A stretch of DNA of 63,898 nucleotides, filler included, from an uncultured bacterium (GCA_964543655.1; 9 parts of 9 records of this genome joined end to end with filler, not necessarily neighbours in it), one strand, 5' to 3'; positions 27,137-38,439 are shown, counted from the whole stretch's first letter. Translations and numbers: made by a program. The notes: generated from the sequence alone by a model not told the origin.

Positions 27137-28026
27137 TTTACTTTGTATTTAATGAGTGTTATTTTATTACCCTTATCATTCCAGTAAACTTCATCAAAAA
27201 TTGTGATTAAAAGAAAAATACCTCTACCATAAGGTAGCACAGTATCAATTGAAAAATTTAACTTTTTAACAAGTCCTTTCCAGTCAAAACCGTTACCTTC
27301 ATCCTCAACTTCTATTACAAACTTCTCTTTATTAAAAAAGCCATTAATATAAACTTTTCTATCTTTATAAGGAGCAATTTTTATTCTTTTTTCTGCTTCT
27401 TCCTGAAATTTTTTAAATGAGTGATCTTTAAGGGAAGATTCAAGTTCTAAATTTCCATGGTAAATTGCATTGCTAATTACCTCTGAAATAGCAATTAATG
27501 GTTGGTTTTCATTATCAAAAAAATTAGCATCAACCACATTTCTAAGTAAAATTTTTCCAATACCTTTAATAAGATTGATGTTGTTCTCTATAACAAATTT
27601 TACATTAAAGTACTCAAGCCTATTAACAGCGGCTTTAAAATCGTAAAAAGATTCTATAAAATTTTTTGCTTTAAATAAAATTTTTTCTATTTCATCAAAT
27701 TTAAAAGGTTTTAGAATAAATTCATTAACACCTGCTTTTAAAGTATCTTTAACCAGATCACCTGAGAAAAACCCTGTCATTAATATGATAAATGGAGAAT
27801 TTTTTTTAAAATAGCCTTTTTTAAGATAATCTACTCCTTTACCATCAGGAAGTTTATTATCAAGAAAAATTACATTATAATTAGATTCCTTTAGTGCCTC
27901 AATACCTTCTTTTAAAGTGTAGGTGTACTTTGAATAAATCCCCATCATATCCATATATGTTTCAAGGAGATCACAAATAGCATTGTCATCATCAATAATG
28001 AGAACTTTTAACTGTGAAAAATCCAT
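27133..28026 (-). CDS. Response-regulator receiver fused to an RsbW-like (anti-sigma) ATPase/kinase domain
   Basis: IIDDD, FLD, MTG, KPF receiver motifs; EVISNAIYHGN, DEGNGFD, GRGI; no HisKA box. Confidence 0.8.
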   Translation of the reverse strand: MDFSQLKVLIIDDDNAICDLLETYMDMMGIYSKYTYTLKEGIEALKESNYNVIFLDNKLPDGKGVDYLKKGYFKKNSPFIILMTGFFSGDLVKDTLKAGVNEFILKPFKFDEIEKILFKAKNFIESFYDFKAAVNRLEYFNVKFVIENNINLIKGIGKILLRNVVDANFFDNENQPLIAISEVISNAIYHGNLELESSLKDHSFKKFQEEAEKRIKIAPYKDRKVYINGFFNKEKFVIEVEDEGNGFDWKGLVKKLNFSIDTVLPYGRGIFLLITIFDEVYWNDKGNKITLIKYKVN

Positions 28027-28083
28027 AGAATAAAAACCTTTCAGTTTGAATTGTATACTGAATACATAGCATAAAAAAAGATT

Positions 28084-28800
28084 CTATTCAATATAAAATT
28101 CCCATGCACAATAATATTCTTCTGGATGTTCATCTGGTGGGCAGCAAATGCATTTTGTTTTTATTCTGCTATCTATTGTCCATGCAAAATATTTATACTC
28201 CACAAGTCCCGCTGTTTTACATGGATAATCTGGAAGTCCCTTTCTTTTACGAGTAGATTGTACTCTGCAATTGTTCATTTTAAAGATGATTCTATTTTTA
28301 TCTATTTCCTCAATTGTTTGCTCATTAATAAAGGAATACATTCTGTATTGAAGAGCTTTTTTAAGACCTTCAATTCCAGCATGCTCTGGTAGGTTTAAAA
28401 GTTTTTTGATTCTTGCTGCTTCAAATGGAGAAAATTTTGTCCAGCAACTATCATTACATCTTTTTGCATCATTCATTTCATAGTTAAGCTCAACAGCTTG
28501 AAACCATACCCCATCATTTGCAAGCCAGTTTGCAGCTATATTTTTAAGGATATTTTTTAGTTCCTCTTCTGTTTTTTCTTTTAAAAATAGGGGAATCCCT
28601 TTTTCATCAACTTCAAAACCAAAAGTTTTTGCAAGTCGTTTAAGTTGAATAACAAAGCTTAAATCACCTGCTTTACTTTCTATTTCCAAAGCTTTTTCAA
28701 TACCAAGCTGATGAATAACCTCAGAAAACCACAATCCATAATGACCAACAATTCTTCTGAAGCCATCCATTATCAGCTCCAGAATTTGCTCTTTTTCCAT
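28084..28800 (-). CDS. DUF6125-family protein
   Basis: WLANDGVWFQAVE, CRVQ, PCK, CCPPDEHP..CAWEF. Confidence 0.7.
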   Translation of the reverse strand: MEKEQILELIMDGFRRIVGHYGLWFSEVIHQLGIEKALEIESKAGDLSFVIQLKRLAKTFGFEVDEKGIPLFLKEKTEEELKNILKNIAANWLANDGVWFQAVELNYEMNDAKRCNDSCWTKFSPFEAARIKKLLNLPEHAGIEGLKKALQYRMYSFINEQTIEEIDKNRIIFKMNNCRVQSTRKRKGLPDYPCKTAGLVEYKYFAWTIDSRIKTKCICCPPDEHPEEYYCAWEFYIE

Positions 28801-28849
28801 TTACTCCCCCCAAATTTAATTATTCAAAATTAAAACTTTAAATATCTAA

Positions 28850-28969
28850 TACAAAACCAAATACAAAATCCAACAGCAATTTTTTTTACAAGTGCTCCTG
28901 TTTAGCACAAAAGCTGTCATTTTGAGGGCTTCAGCCCGAAAAATCTATTGCTTTAAAGTTAGTTTTGTA
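28850..28969 (+). mobile_element. MITE-like repeat A, copy 2
   Basis: TAA|TACAAAAC...GTTTTGTA|TAA: perfect 8-bp terminal inverted repeats and a matched 3-bp duplication. Confidence 0.8.
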
Positions 28970-28976
28970 TAAGTTA

Positions 28977-29117
28977 GTATTTTTCAGGAAAAAGCTTTAA
29001 AATAACGCCTTTATGCCAAAATATGTTAAATAACGTTTACAGGCTAAAAATTGCAGCACCCCAAGTAAAACCTATACCTGCATTTAGTAATAAAATCTTG
29101 TCTCCTTTTTTAACTTT
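28977..29117 (-). other. 141-bp assembly overlap with 18356-18496
   Basis: Exact reverse complement of the end of contig 2, including the 3' end of the FabH-like gene. Confidence 0.9.
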
Positions 29118-29330
29118 NNNNNNNNNNNNNNNNNNNNNNNNNNNNNNNNNNNNNNNNNNNNTTAATTAATTAANNNNNNNNNNNNNNNNNNNNNNNNNNN
29201 NNNNNNNNNNNNNNNNNCCAATATCAATTTTCTTTTGATTTTATTGTATAAATAAGGGAAAATTGATTTTTTTTTAATTATCAATTTCCATGAGAATTAA
29301 CAGTCACCAACTGAAAAATCCATTTTTATA

Positions 29331-29356
29331 AAAAACCCCTCTTTAAAGAGGGGTTT
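29331..29356 (-). terminator. groEL terminator
   Basis: AAACCCCTCTTTAAAGAGGGGTTT palindrome with a T-tail on the minus strand. Confidence 0.75.
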
Positions 29357-29387
29357 AAGTGATGTTTTAGGGGATTGTGGGATGGTA

Positions 29388-31049
<1,662 letters not shown>

Positions 31050-31056
31050 TTAATTT

Positions 31057-31347
31057 TTATCCTTCAATAACAGCAAAAACTTCATCTTCTCTCATCATCA
31101 AATATTCTTTACCTTCAACTTTGATTTCTGTGCCAGCATATTTACCAAATAAAATTCTATCCCCTTCTTTTACATCAAGAGGAATAACTTTGCCGTCATC
31201 AGTTTTTCTACCATTTCCAACTGCTATAACTTTTCCCTGACTTGGCTTTTCTTTAGCTGCATCAGGAATAATTATTCCACCAGCTGTCTTTTCTTCTTCT
31301 TCAATTCTCTCAACTAATATTCTGTCATGCAATGGTCTTACTTTCAT
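31057..31347 (-). CDS. groS: Co-chaperonin GroES
   Basis: [24 protein letters not shown]. Confidence 0.99.
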   Translation of the reverse strand: MKVRPLHDRILVERIEEEEKTAGGIIIPDAAKEKPSQGKVIAVGNGRKTDDGKVIPLDVKEGDRILFGKYAGTEIKVEGKEYLMMREDEVFAVIEG

Positions 31348-31434
31348 TTACTCCCTCCTTTTTTATTGATTTAAATAATTTAATGGTGTAATATTTAGCC
31401 CAATTATAAGTTCATGATAAAAAATAGTCATTTA

Positions 31435-31461
31435 TTAGCAGTTGTCAATAGGTGTTGATAA
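31435..31461. promoter_or_regulatory. Degenerate CIRCE-like inverted repeat overlapping a -35 upstream of groES
   Basis: TTAGCAGTT-N9-TGTTGATAA versus TTAGCACTC-N9-GAGTGCTAA; TTGACA on the minus strand at 31448-31443. Confidence 0.4.
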
Positions 31462-31485
31462 AATTTTTTTAAAAAAATTTTAAAA

Positions 31486-32157
31486 ATGAAAAAAATTATT
31501 GAAATTAAAAATCTTTATAAAAATTATAAACATGAGAATATTAAAATTCCTGTGTTAAAAAATATTAATATTGACATTTTTCAAGGTGAATACATTGCTA
31601 TTACAGGTGCATCTGGCAGTGGAAAAACAACATTAATGAATATTCTTGGATGTCTTGATAAGCCATCAAAAGGTGATTACTTTTTTAATGGCAATAATAT
31701 TACTTCTTTAAATGACAGACAGCTTTCAAAAATTAGAGCTGAAAAAATAGGTTTTGTGTTTCAATCCTTTAATCTTCTTCCCAACTACAATGTGTTTGAA
31801 AATATAATGCTGCCTACAGCTTACAATAAAAAAATAAAAAAAAAGGATGCTGCTGAAAAAGCGTATGAATTAATAGAATTAGTTGGATTAAAAGATAGGA
31901 TTAAACATAGGCCAGCTCAGCTTTCAGGAGGGCAGCAACAGAGAGTAGCAATTGCAAGGGCTCTGATAAATTCACCTGAAATAGTTCTTGCTGATGAGCC
32001 AACTGGCAACCTTGATAGTAAAAGTAGTGAAGATATTATGAAAATATTTGACAAACTCAATGCTTCTGGTGTTACTATTGTGGTGGTTACTCATGAACAG
32101 ATTATTGCAAATCGAGCTAAAAGAAAAATTCTTTTAAAAGATGGAGAAATAATTTAA
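31486..32157 (+). CDS. ABC transporter ATP-binding protein (LolD/MacB-like)
   Basis: [29 protein letters not shown]. Confidence 0.9.
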   Translation: MKKIIEIKNLYKNYKHENIKIPVLKNINIDIFQGEYIAITGASGSGKTTLMNILGCLDKPSKGDYFFNGNNITSLNDRQLSKIRAEKIGFVFQSFNLLPNYNVFENIMLPTAYNKKIKKKDAAEKAYELIELVGLKDRIKHRPAQLSGGQQQRVAIARALINSPEIVLADEPTGNLDSKSSEDIMKIFDKLNASGVTIVVVTHEQIIANRAKRKILLKDGEII

Positions 32158-32291
32158 TCTAATATAGGAAATCATACAATTCTGTATTTTTTGTCACTTA
32201 ATACCTCTTTTGTGAACTTGATTTATTGTATAAAAACTTCATACACCACTCTAATTTATCACCCATTAATAACTATCTTCCATTAACAGCT

Positions 32292-33248
32292 CTATGAGGA
32301 TTCTTTATTAATCTTTAAAAAATTAAGAAACTCTTCAAATAACTCTTTATCAATTTTTCCCTTATCTACAAACTCCTTTTTCATAAGTTCAAGGGCATTA
32401 AATATTTCAAATGGTTTTTTATATGGCCTTATTCCTGTAAGGGCTTCAAATATATCACAGATTTGAACTATTTTAGCATATTCACTAATATCTTCTCCTT
32501 TGATTCCATTTGGATAACCTGAGCCGTCCATAAATTCATGATGCTCCAGAGCCATTTTAGAATATTTTTTTAAATCATTCTCAATTAAAATTTCATAGCC
32601 AAAAAGTGTATGCTTTTTCATTATTTCAAACTCTTCATCTGTTAATCTACCTGGTTTTTTTAATATATTGTCAGGAATCTTAATTTTCCCAATATCATGG
32701 AAAAAAGAACCATCAACAAATATTTTTAATTTAGTCCCTCTCATTCCTATAAAATGTGCAAATCCTGATACTAACTTCTGAACATTAATTGTGTGAATAG
32801 ATGTGGAAGTATCTTTCTTCAAAGTAGAGATGGTCAATTTTGTAACCTGAGGATTATTCTCTATAAATCTTGATACTTTTTCATTAGCACTACTAACAGA
32901 TGTAAAATTTTCTTTAACTGGATTTGTAACCAATGCATCATACATTGTATTTAAAATTGAGAAAATTTCCCTGATAATTCTTTCTGGTCTCTCTCTACTC
33001 TGAATAATTCTTTGAATAGCTACATTACAGAGATTAAAAACAGCATTGCTCTCTGTTTTTACCAATACCTTATTCTGCTTCCCCTTTTTAAATTTAGCCA
33101 ATTTGGCTTTTAATTCATTGGAAAGAGGCTTGCCCTTTTCCTTAATCTTCTTTAAACCTCTTTCACCTTTAATAAATAATTCTATATTTTCAACTTCATT
33201 TAGATTATTTAATAAAATATCAAAAGAAATAGGTATATATTTTTCCAT
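32292..33248 (-). CDS. HD-GYP phosphodiesterase
   Basis: HDIGK, KPGRLT, HHEFMDGSGYP, RPYK. Confidence 0.9.
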   Translation of the reverse strand: MEKYIPISFDILLNNLNEVENIELFIKGERGLKKIKEKGKPLSNELKAKLAKFKKGKQNKVLVKTESNAVFNLCNVAIQRIIQSRERPERIIREIFSILNTMYDALVTNPVKENFTSVSSANEKVSRFIENNPQVTKLTISTLKKDTSTSIHTINVQKLVSGFAHFIGMRGTKLKIFVDGSFFHDIGKIKIPDNILKKPGRLTDEEFEIMKKHTLFGYEILIENDLKKYSKMALEHHEFMDGSGYPNGIKGEDISEYAKIVQICDIFEALTGIRPYKKPFEIFNALELMKKEFVDKGKIDKELFEEFLNFLKINKESS

Positions 33249-33502
33249 TTTCCAACTTTTTTTATGAAATTTTATACAAAAATAAATTTATAAAATTTTC
33301 TAAAAGGATTCATATTTTCCATAAAAGCATTAACTTTGCACACTTTATCTCTAAAAATTTCTTTATTTTTTTCTATTAAATTTCAAAAATATTATCTCAA
33401 ATGTAAAAACTGGTCAATAAATTTTTACACAAATGTCAATTTTTAATTAGAAAAAGTGATGTTTGAATAAAGAATTTTTTGAAATTTGAAGTTGCTGAAA
33501 TC

Positions 33503-33528
33503 GTAACTCCAGCTTTTGCTGGAGCTAC
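33503..33528 (-). terminator. Hairpin after the flavodoxin gene
   Basis: GTAACTCCAGC-TTTT-GCTGGAGCTAC; weak U-tail. Confidence 0.5.
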
Positions 33529-33535
33529 AGCCATA

Positions 33536-33970
33536 TTAATTTAATTTATTAACTATATCAACACCATAATCAATTGCAGCCTGTTTATCTGATGGTTTAA
33601 CTACATTTTTCAATTTTAATGATGAGTCAACCATATCCATTTTTAAAATATTTTTCATTGTATCATATATTCTCTGTGGTGCTTCTCCACTCCAGCCATA
33701 AGCTCCAAAAGCACCACCAACCTTACCTTCAAGATTAGCCTTTTCAGCAAGAAAAAGAAATGTCTCCATTGTGCCCATCATTTTACCATGGTAAGTTGGC
33801 GCACCAAAAAGGAGAGCATCATAGTTCTCAAGCTCTTTGGCATCTTTTATATCCTTAATATCTTTTAAATCAACCTCTAATCCATTCTCCTCTATTGCCC
33901 CTGCTATTATATCAGCTATTTTTTTTGTTTTTTTTGTCCTTGTAGTGTAAGCTATTAATACTTTTGCCAT
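33536..33970 (-). CDS. Flavodoxin-domain protein
   Basis: YTTRTKKT, GAPTYHG, FGAYGWSGEA. Confidence 0.85.
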   Translation of the reverse strand: MAKVLIAYTTRTKKTKKIADIIAGAIEENGLEVDLKDIKDIKDAKELENYDALLFGAPTYHGKMMGTMETFLFLAEKANLEGKVGGAFGAYGWSGEAPQRIYDTMKNILKMDMVDSSLKLKNVVKPSDKQAAIDYGVDIVNKLN

Positions 33971-33981
33971 ATGAAACTCCT

Positions 33982-35190
33982 TTAATTTTTACTTTTTAAA
34001 AGAAGCTCTGCAACAGTTTTGCCTGCATTATAACACTGCTGCAATCCTTCTAATTTGGGGACATTTTTGATTTTTACCTCATCTAAAACAATTTTAACTC
34101 CAAAATCCTCTAATATTGCTCTAAGCTGTTTGGATGATTCCCCACTCCAGCCGTAAGAGCCAAAAGTAAAACCAATTAAATTTTGTGGTTTCAATCCCTT
34201 AATATAAGACATTGCATCTTGAATTGCTGGAAACATCATATTGTTAATAGTTGGTCCACCAACAATAAAAGCTCCTGCATCAAGAAGCTCTGTTATAATG
34301 TCACTTCTATGGTCTTTCCTTGAATGCATAAGCTTAACCTTTGCTCCACCAGCAGCCAATCCTTCACCAATAGCTCTTGCCATTAATTCTGTACTTCCCC
34401 ACATAGTATCATAAAGAACAACAGCTTTATTAGTAGGCTCCTGTTTTGCCCATTTTTCATAATATTTTAAAATTTTTTCAATAAACTCTCCTCGCCACAA
34501 TGGCCCATGATCAGTTGCAATAATATCTATGTCAAGATTGAGTTTGCCTAAAGTATCCAATAATTTTAAGATTAATTTTGAGTATGGTAAAAGAATATTT
34601 GCATAATATTTGGCAGATTCATAAAATAAAATACTTTCATTAACTTCATCAGCAAATCTCTCATAAGTTGCAAGGTGAAGCCCAAAACCATCCTGAGAAA
34701 ATAAAACTTTGTCATTATGCACATAAGTTATCATACTTTCTGGCCAGTGTAGTAGTCTTGTCTCATAAAAAGTTAGTTTAATATCTCCAAATTCCAATGT
34801 TTCTCCATTAGAAACAGCAGTAAGCTCAAAATCAAAGTTAAAATGCTCCTTTAATACCTTGGTACCCATCTTTGATGTAAAAACCTTTTCTGGTTTAACT
34901 AAATTAATCACATCAGTTAAACAACCAGAGTGATCCATCTCTGCATGTTGAGAAATAATAAAATCGATTTTCTCAGGGTCTATTACTGATGAAATTCTGG
35001 AAAGAAGCTCATCTTTAAAAGGTCCTTTAACAGTATCAACAAGAATATTTTTTTCACCTGTAATTAAAAAAGCATTGTAAGTTGTGCCTCTACTTGTACC
35101 ATAACCGTGGAAATCCCTGATAGCCCAGTCAATTGCACCTACCCAATAAATATGTTCACTGATTTTAATAGCTTCAAATATACCATTCAT
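33982..35190 (-). CDS. fprA: Flavodiiron protein (A-type flavoprotein; O2/NO reductase)
   Basis: GTTYNAFL, HAEMDH, HWPESM, FSQD, HGP, flavodoxin domain with FGSYGWSG. Confidence 0.93.
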   Translation of the reverse strand: MNGIFEAIKISEHIYWVGAIDWAIRDFHGYGTSRGTTYNAFLITGEKNILVDTVKGPFKDELLSRISSVIDPEKIDFIISQHAEMDHSGCLTDVINLVKPEKVFTSKMGTKVLKEHFNFDFELTAVSNGETLEFGDIKLTFYETRLLHWPESMITYVHNDKVLFSQDGFGLHLATYERFADEVNESILFYESAKYYANILLPYSKLILKLLDTLGKLNLDIDIIATDHGPLWRGEFIEKILKYYEKWAKQEPTNKAVVLYDTMWGSTELMARAIGEGLAAGGAKVKLMHSRKDHRSDIITELLDAGAFIVGGPTINNMMFPAIQDAMSYIKGLKPQNLIGFTFGSYGWSGESSKQLRAILEDFGVKIVLDEVKIKNVPKLEGLQQCYNAGKTVAELLLKSKN

Positions 35191-35256
35191 TTTAAACCTC
35201 CAGATTTTAGTAAGAATTATTATTAGCGCTAAAATGAGTTTCAGTCAAGAGATTTT

Positions 35257-35337
35257 TTATTTTGGAAACACAGCAAGAATAACAGCTTTTTCACCAACAC
35301 ATCTAACCATGTGAGGCACTGTAGAGTCGTAATAAAT
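35257..35337 (-). CDS. C-terminal fragment of a cupin-domain protein (XRE-cupin-like)
   Basis: IYYDSTVPHMVRCVGEKAVILAVFPK*; truncated by contig end. Confidence 0.55.
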   Translation of the reverse strand: MYYDSTVPHMVRCVGEKAVILAVFPK

Positions 35338-35437
35338 NNNNNNNNNNNNNNNNNNNNNNNNNNNNNNNNNNNNNNNNNNNNTTAATTAATTAANNNNNNN
35401 NNNNNNNNNNNNNNNNNNNNNNNNNNNNNNNNNNNNN

Positions 35438-35654
35438 CTACCTATGAGGAATTGAAACTAGAATTTCTGCTTATGAAATGGTTTAAATTCTTCGTTTTCA
35501 GTCTACCTATGAGGAATTGAAACATATTCGAGAAATTGTTGTTTAGTTATAATAGCAGGTTTTCAGTCTACCTATGAGGAATTGAAACCTGGAGCAGAGA
35601 TAGAGCAATGTATAGAGGAAGCTCGTTTTCAGTCTACCTATGAGGAATTGAAAT
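35438..35654 (+). CRISPR. Trailer end of a CRISPR array; repeat GTTTTCAGTCTACCTATGAGGAATTGAAAC (30 nt), type I-B-like
   Basis: Repeats at 35438-35458 (partial), 35494-35523, 35559-35588 and 35625-35654 (last base C>T); spacers of 35, 35 and 36 nt; 3' ATTGAAAC handle. Confidence 0.97.
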
Positions 35655-35668
35655 GAGATTTAGATAGG

Positions 35669-35686
35669 GGCAATTCATGAATTGCC
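35669..35686. repeat. REP-like palindrome GGCAATTCATGAATTGCC
   Basis: Same palindrome as 19412-19431, preceded by TAGG. Confidence 0.7.
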
Positions 35687-35762
35687 TAAAATATTTTCAT
35701 ATCACCTATGATAAGTAAAACATTTTTATAATAACTCAATCTTGAATCAAGAGTTTCTCTGA

Positions 35763-35881
35763 TACAAAACCAACCTTGAAGCAAGAGATTTTTCGGGCTA
35801 ATGCCCTCAAAATGACAGCTTTTATGGTAAATATAAAGCCTTTTAAAAAATTTATAATCGTATTTTAAATTTGTTTTTGTA
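35763..35881 (-). mobile_element. MITE-like repeat A, copy 3
   Basis: TGA|TACAAAAC...TTTTGTA|TGA; reverse complement contains TGTCATTTTGAGGGCATTAGCCCGAAAAATCT. Confidence 0.78.
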
Positions 35882-35884
35882 TGA

Positions 35885-35968
35885 TACAGCTATCAAAATA
35901 ACTGCCATTGTGGTAAATTAGAACACTTATTAAAAAAATTGCTGTTAGATTTTTCACTTGGTTTTGCG
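35885..35968 (-). mobile_element. Internally deleted repeat A copy
   Basis: Reverse complement CGCAAAACCAAGTGAAAAATCTAACAGCAATTTTTTT... matches the left half of A. Confidence 0.6.
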
Positions 35969-35971
35969 TTA

Positions 35972-36074
35972 TATAATTTTATACTTGAAATGGCATCTGA
36001 AATATTCTTAACTTATTATTAAATTATTTTTCAACGATGAACTATAACTATAAACGTTGAACCATGAACCTGTA
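35972..36074 (+). mobile_element. MITE-like repeat B copy
   Basis: TTA|TATAATTTTATACTTGAAATGGCATCTG...GTTGAACCATGAACCTGTA|TAA. Confidence 0.7.
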
Positions 36075-36108
36075 TAAAACTGGTGCTCTTTACCATAAAA
36101 ATTTTCAA

Positions 36109-38439
36109 CTAATTTAAACTAATTGGATCTATATCTAATTTAATATCTACCCCTCTTACTTTTGTCAGAGACTTTAGTAAAATTGTGCATGCTTCTCTTA
36201 ATGTTTTTCTATATCTACTTTTTACAAGGATAGAATATCTAAATTTGTTTCTTATCTTTTTTATCTGACTCTCCACAGGTCCAAGAACAACTATTTTATT
36301 ATTGGAAATTTCATTTAAAATTTTTGCTGATTCATTAGAAATCTTTTTTACCCTATTGATATTTATACTTTCAAAAATAATATGTGCAATTGCATAATAT
36401 GGTGGATACATTGCACTTTTTCTTTGCTGCAATTCATATTCATAAAAATCTTCAAACCTATACTCTTTTGAAAATTTGAAAATATAATTATCAGGTGAAT
36501 AAGTTTGTAACAACACTTTCCCCTTTTTGCCACCTCTCCCGGCTCTTCCTGCACATTGAATAATAAGTTGAAAAGTTTTTTCAGTGGAATTATAATCAGG
36601 AAAATTCAATAAATTATCAACAGTAACTATTCCAACAAGAGCAACATTTTTAAAATCATAGCCTTTTGCTAACATCTGGGTCCCCACAAGAATATCTAAA
36701 TTGCCATTGTTAAACTCTTTTAAAATCTTTACATTTTCACCCTGTTTAGTGGTTGATTGAGCATCAAAACGTCCCACTCTAACATCTTTTAGCTCCTCAA
36801 CTACCCTTTCCACTATTTTTTCAGTACCTTTTCCCATGTATTTAATATGAGTACCTTCACAATTAGGACATATTGCTGGTAAAGGATAAACATTGTCACA
36901 GTAACTGCACACAAGCCTTTCTTTTGATTTGTAGTAAGTAAGTGTAAGATCACAATTTAAACATTTAAAAACATAACCACAATCATTGCATATTACATAG
37001 GATGCATAACCTTTTTTGTTCAAAAGAAGAATCACCTGGCCATTGTCATTAATTGTGGTTAAAATCTCTTTTTTCAACTCTAAAGAAATAATTTTATCCC
37101 CAAAACTATTCTTCAAATCAATTATTTTAAAATCAGGTAATGGTTGATTATTTACCCTCTTTTTTAAAATATGGAACTTATATTTTCCTGTTTTTGCATT
37201 GTAATAACTTTGAACAGATGGAGTAGCAGACCCTAAAATTGTAGTAGCATTAAATAACTTAGCTTTCATCACAGCACAATCACGTGCATTGTATCTTGGC
37301 TTATCCTCCTGCTTATAGCTCTGCTCATGCTCTTCATCAACAATAATCAATCCTAAATTATTCAGAGGAGTAAAAAGAGCAGACCTTGCTCCTACAACAA
37401 TATTAACTTCATTTTTTGCGCATCTTTTCCAGATCTCATACCTTGTATTTTTTGAAATTTTGCTATGATAAACAATAACTTCGTAATTTGGAAATGACGT
37501 TAATATAATATGGCCTATATTTGCTGTTAATGAAATTTCAGGGACAAGAAATAATACTTGTTTTCCTTTTTTTAAAGTTTCCTCTATTGCATTTAAATAA
37601 ATTTCAGTTTTCCCACTACCAGTAACACCAAAAATTAGATGACATGAAAATTTCCCTTTAACTATATCTTCTCTAATTGCTTTAAAAATCTTCTCCTGCT
37701 GTGCATTTAACTGCTCAGGCCTAAAATATTTAAATGAAGCATCAAGAGTTTCAGGTAAAAACTCCCTATTTTTTTCAATTAAATTTAATTTACCCTCTTT
37801 TATATATTTTTTAAAATTTTTCAAATTAACTTTAACATACTCAAATGGTAAAATTTTATTACTTTTAAAAAAATCCTTTAATTTAAGATTGTTATTATCC
37901 ACTATTTCAATAAACTTTACCTTCTTACCCCTCTGCTTTTTCCTGGTAATATTTATTATATTTTTATTTTTCAGAGAATTTAACGTTAGAAAAAAAAATT
38001 TGAAATTTTTCTGTATTTTTTTTAAATTATTTTCAGTTTCTAATAACTCTAATAATTTTTTTTCCCCATTATTTAATTGAGCATAATTTATCTGTGGATT
38101 AACAATGATTTTAAATCTATCAACTGAAAAAGCAGGTAGTGCATTGAAAATAATCTGTCCAACAGGAACAATATAATACTCAGACATCCATTTGTAAAAT
38201 TCAAACTCTTTACTGCTAATTAAGGGATTATCATCTATTATATCAACAATATTTTCTACCTTAAATTGAAATTTGTCTTCATAGTTGAATTCTTCAATAA
38301 CAAAACCAATACTCAATTTATTTTTAAAAGGAACGAGAACTCTTTTAAATAAAAGTTTCTCATGTTCTATTAAGCCAGATTTTTTATAGATAAAAGACGT
38401 ATCTAAGTTAATATTGAAGACAACTTTAATAAATTTCAT
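36109..38439 (-). CDS. priA: Primosomal protein N' (replication restart helicase)
   Basis: GVTGSGKTE, VPEISL, DEEH, GSATPS, Cys-rich zinc region, GTQMLAKG, QCAGRAGR. Confidence 0.95.
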   Translation of the reverse strand: MKFIKVVFNINLDTSFIYKKSGLIEHEKLLFKRVLVPFKNKLSIGFVIEEFNYEDKFQFKVENIVDIIDDNPLISSKEFEFYKWMSEYYIVPVGQIIFNALPAFSVDRFKIIVNPQINYAQLNNGEKKLLELLETENNLKKIQKNFKFFFLTLNSLKNKNIINITRKKQRGKKVKFIEIVDNNNLKLKDFFKSNKILPFEYVKVNLKNFKKYIKEGKLNLIEKNREFLPETLDASFKYFRPEQLNAQQEKIFKAIREDIVKGKFSCHLIFGVTGSGKTEIYLNAIEETLKKGKQVLFLVPEISLTANIGHIILTSFPNYEVIVYHSKISKNTRYEIWKRCAKNEVNIVVGARSALFTPLNNLGLIIVDEEHEQSYKQEDKPRYNARDCAVMKAKLFNATTILGSATPSVQSYYNAKTGKYKFHILKKRVNNQPLPDFKIIDLKNSFGDKIISLELKKEILTTINDNGQVILLLNKKGYASYVICNDCGYVFKCLNCDLTLTYYKSKERLVCSYCDNVYPLPAICPNCEGTHIKYMGKGTEKIVERVVEELKDVRVGRFDAQSTTKQGENVKILKEFNNGNLDILVGTQMLAKGYDFKNVALVGIVTVDNLLNFPDYNSTEKTFQLIIQCAGRAGRGGKKGKVLLQTYSPDNYIFKFSKEYRFEDFYEYELQQRKSAMYPPYYAIAHIIFESININRVKKISNESAKILNEISNNKIVVLGPVESQIKKIRNKFRYSILVKSRYRKTLREACTILLKSLTKVRGVDIKLDIDPISLN

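Noticed and set aside
28977-29117. Apparent inverted duplication of the fabH-like 3' end
   Set aside because: Exact 141-bp match with both copies ending at contig termini; an assembly overlap, not a biological repeat.
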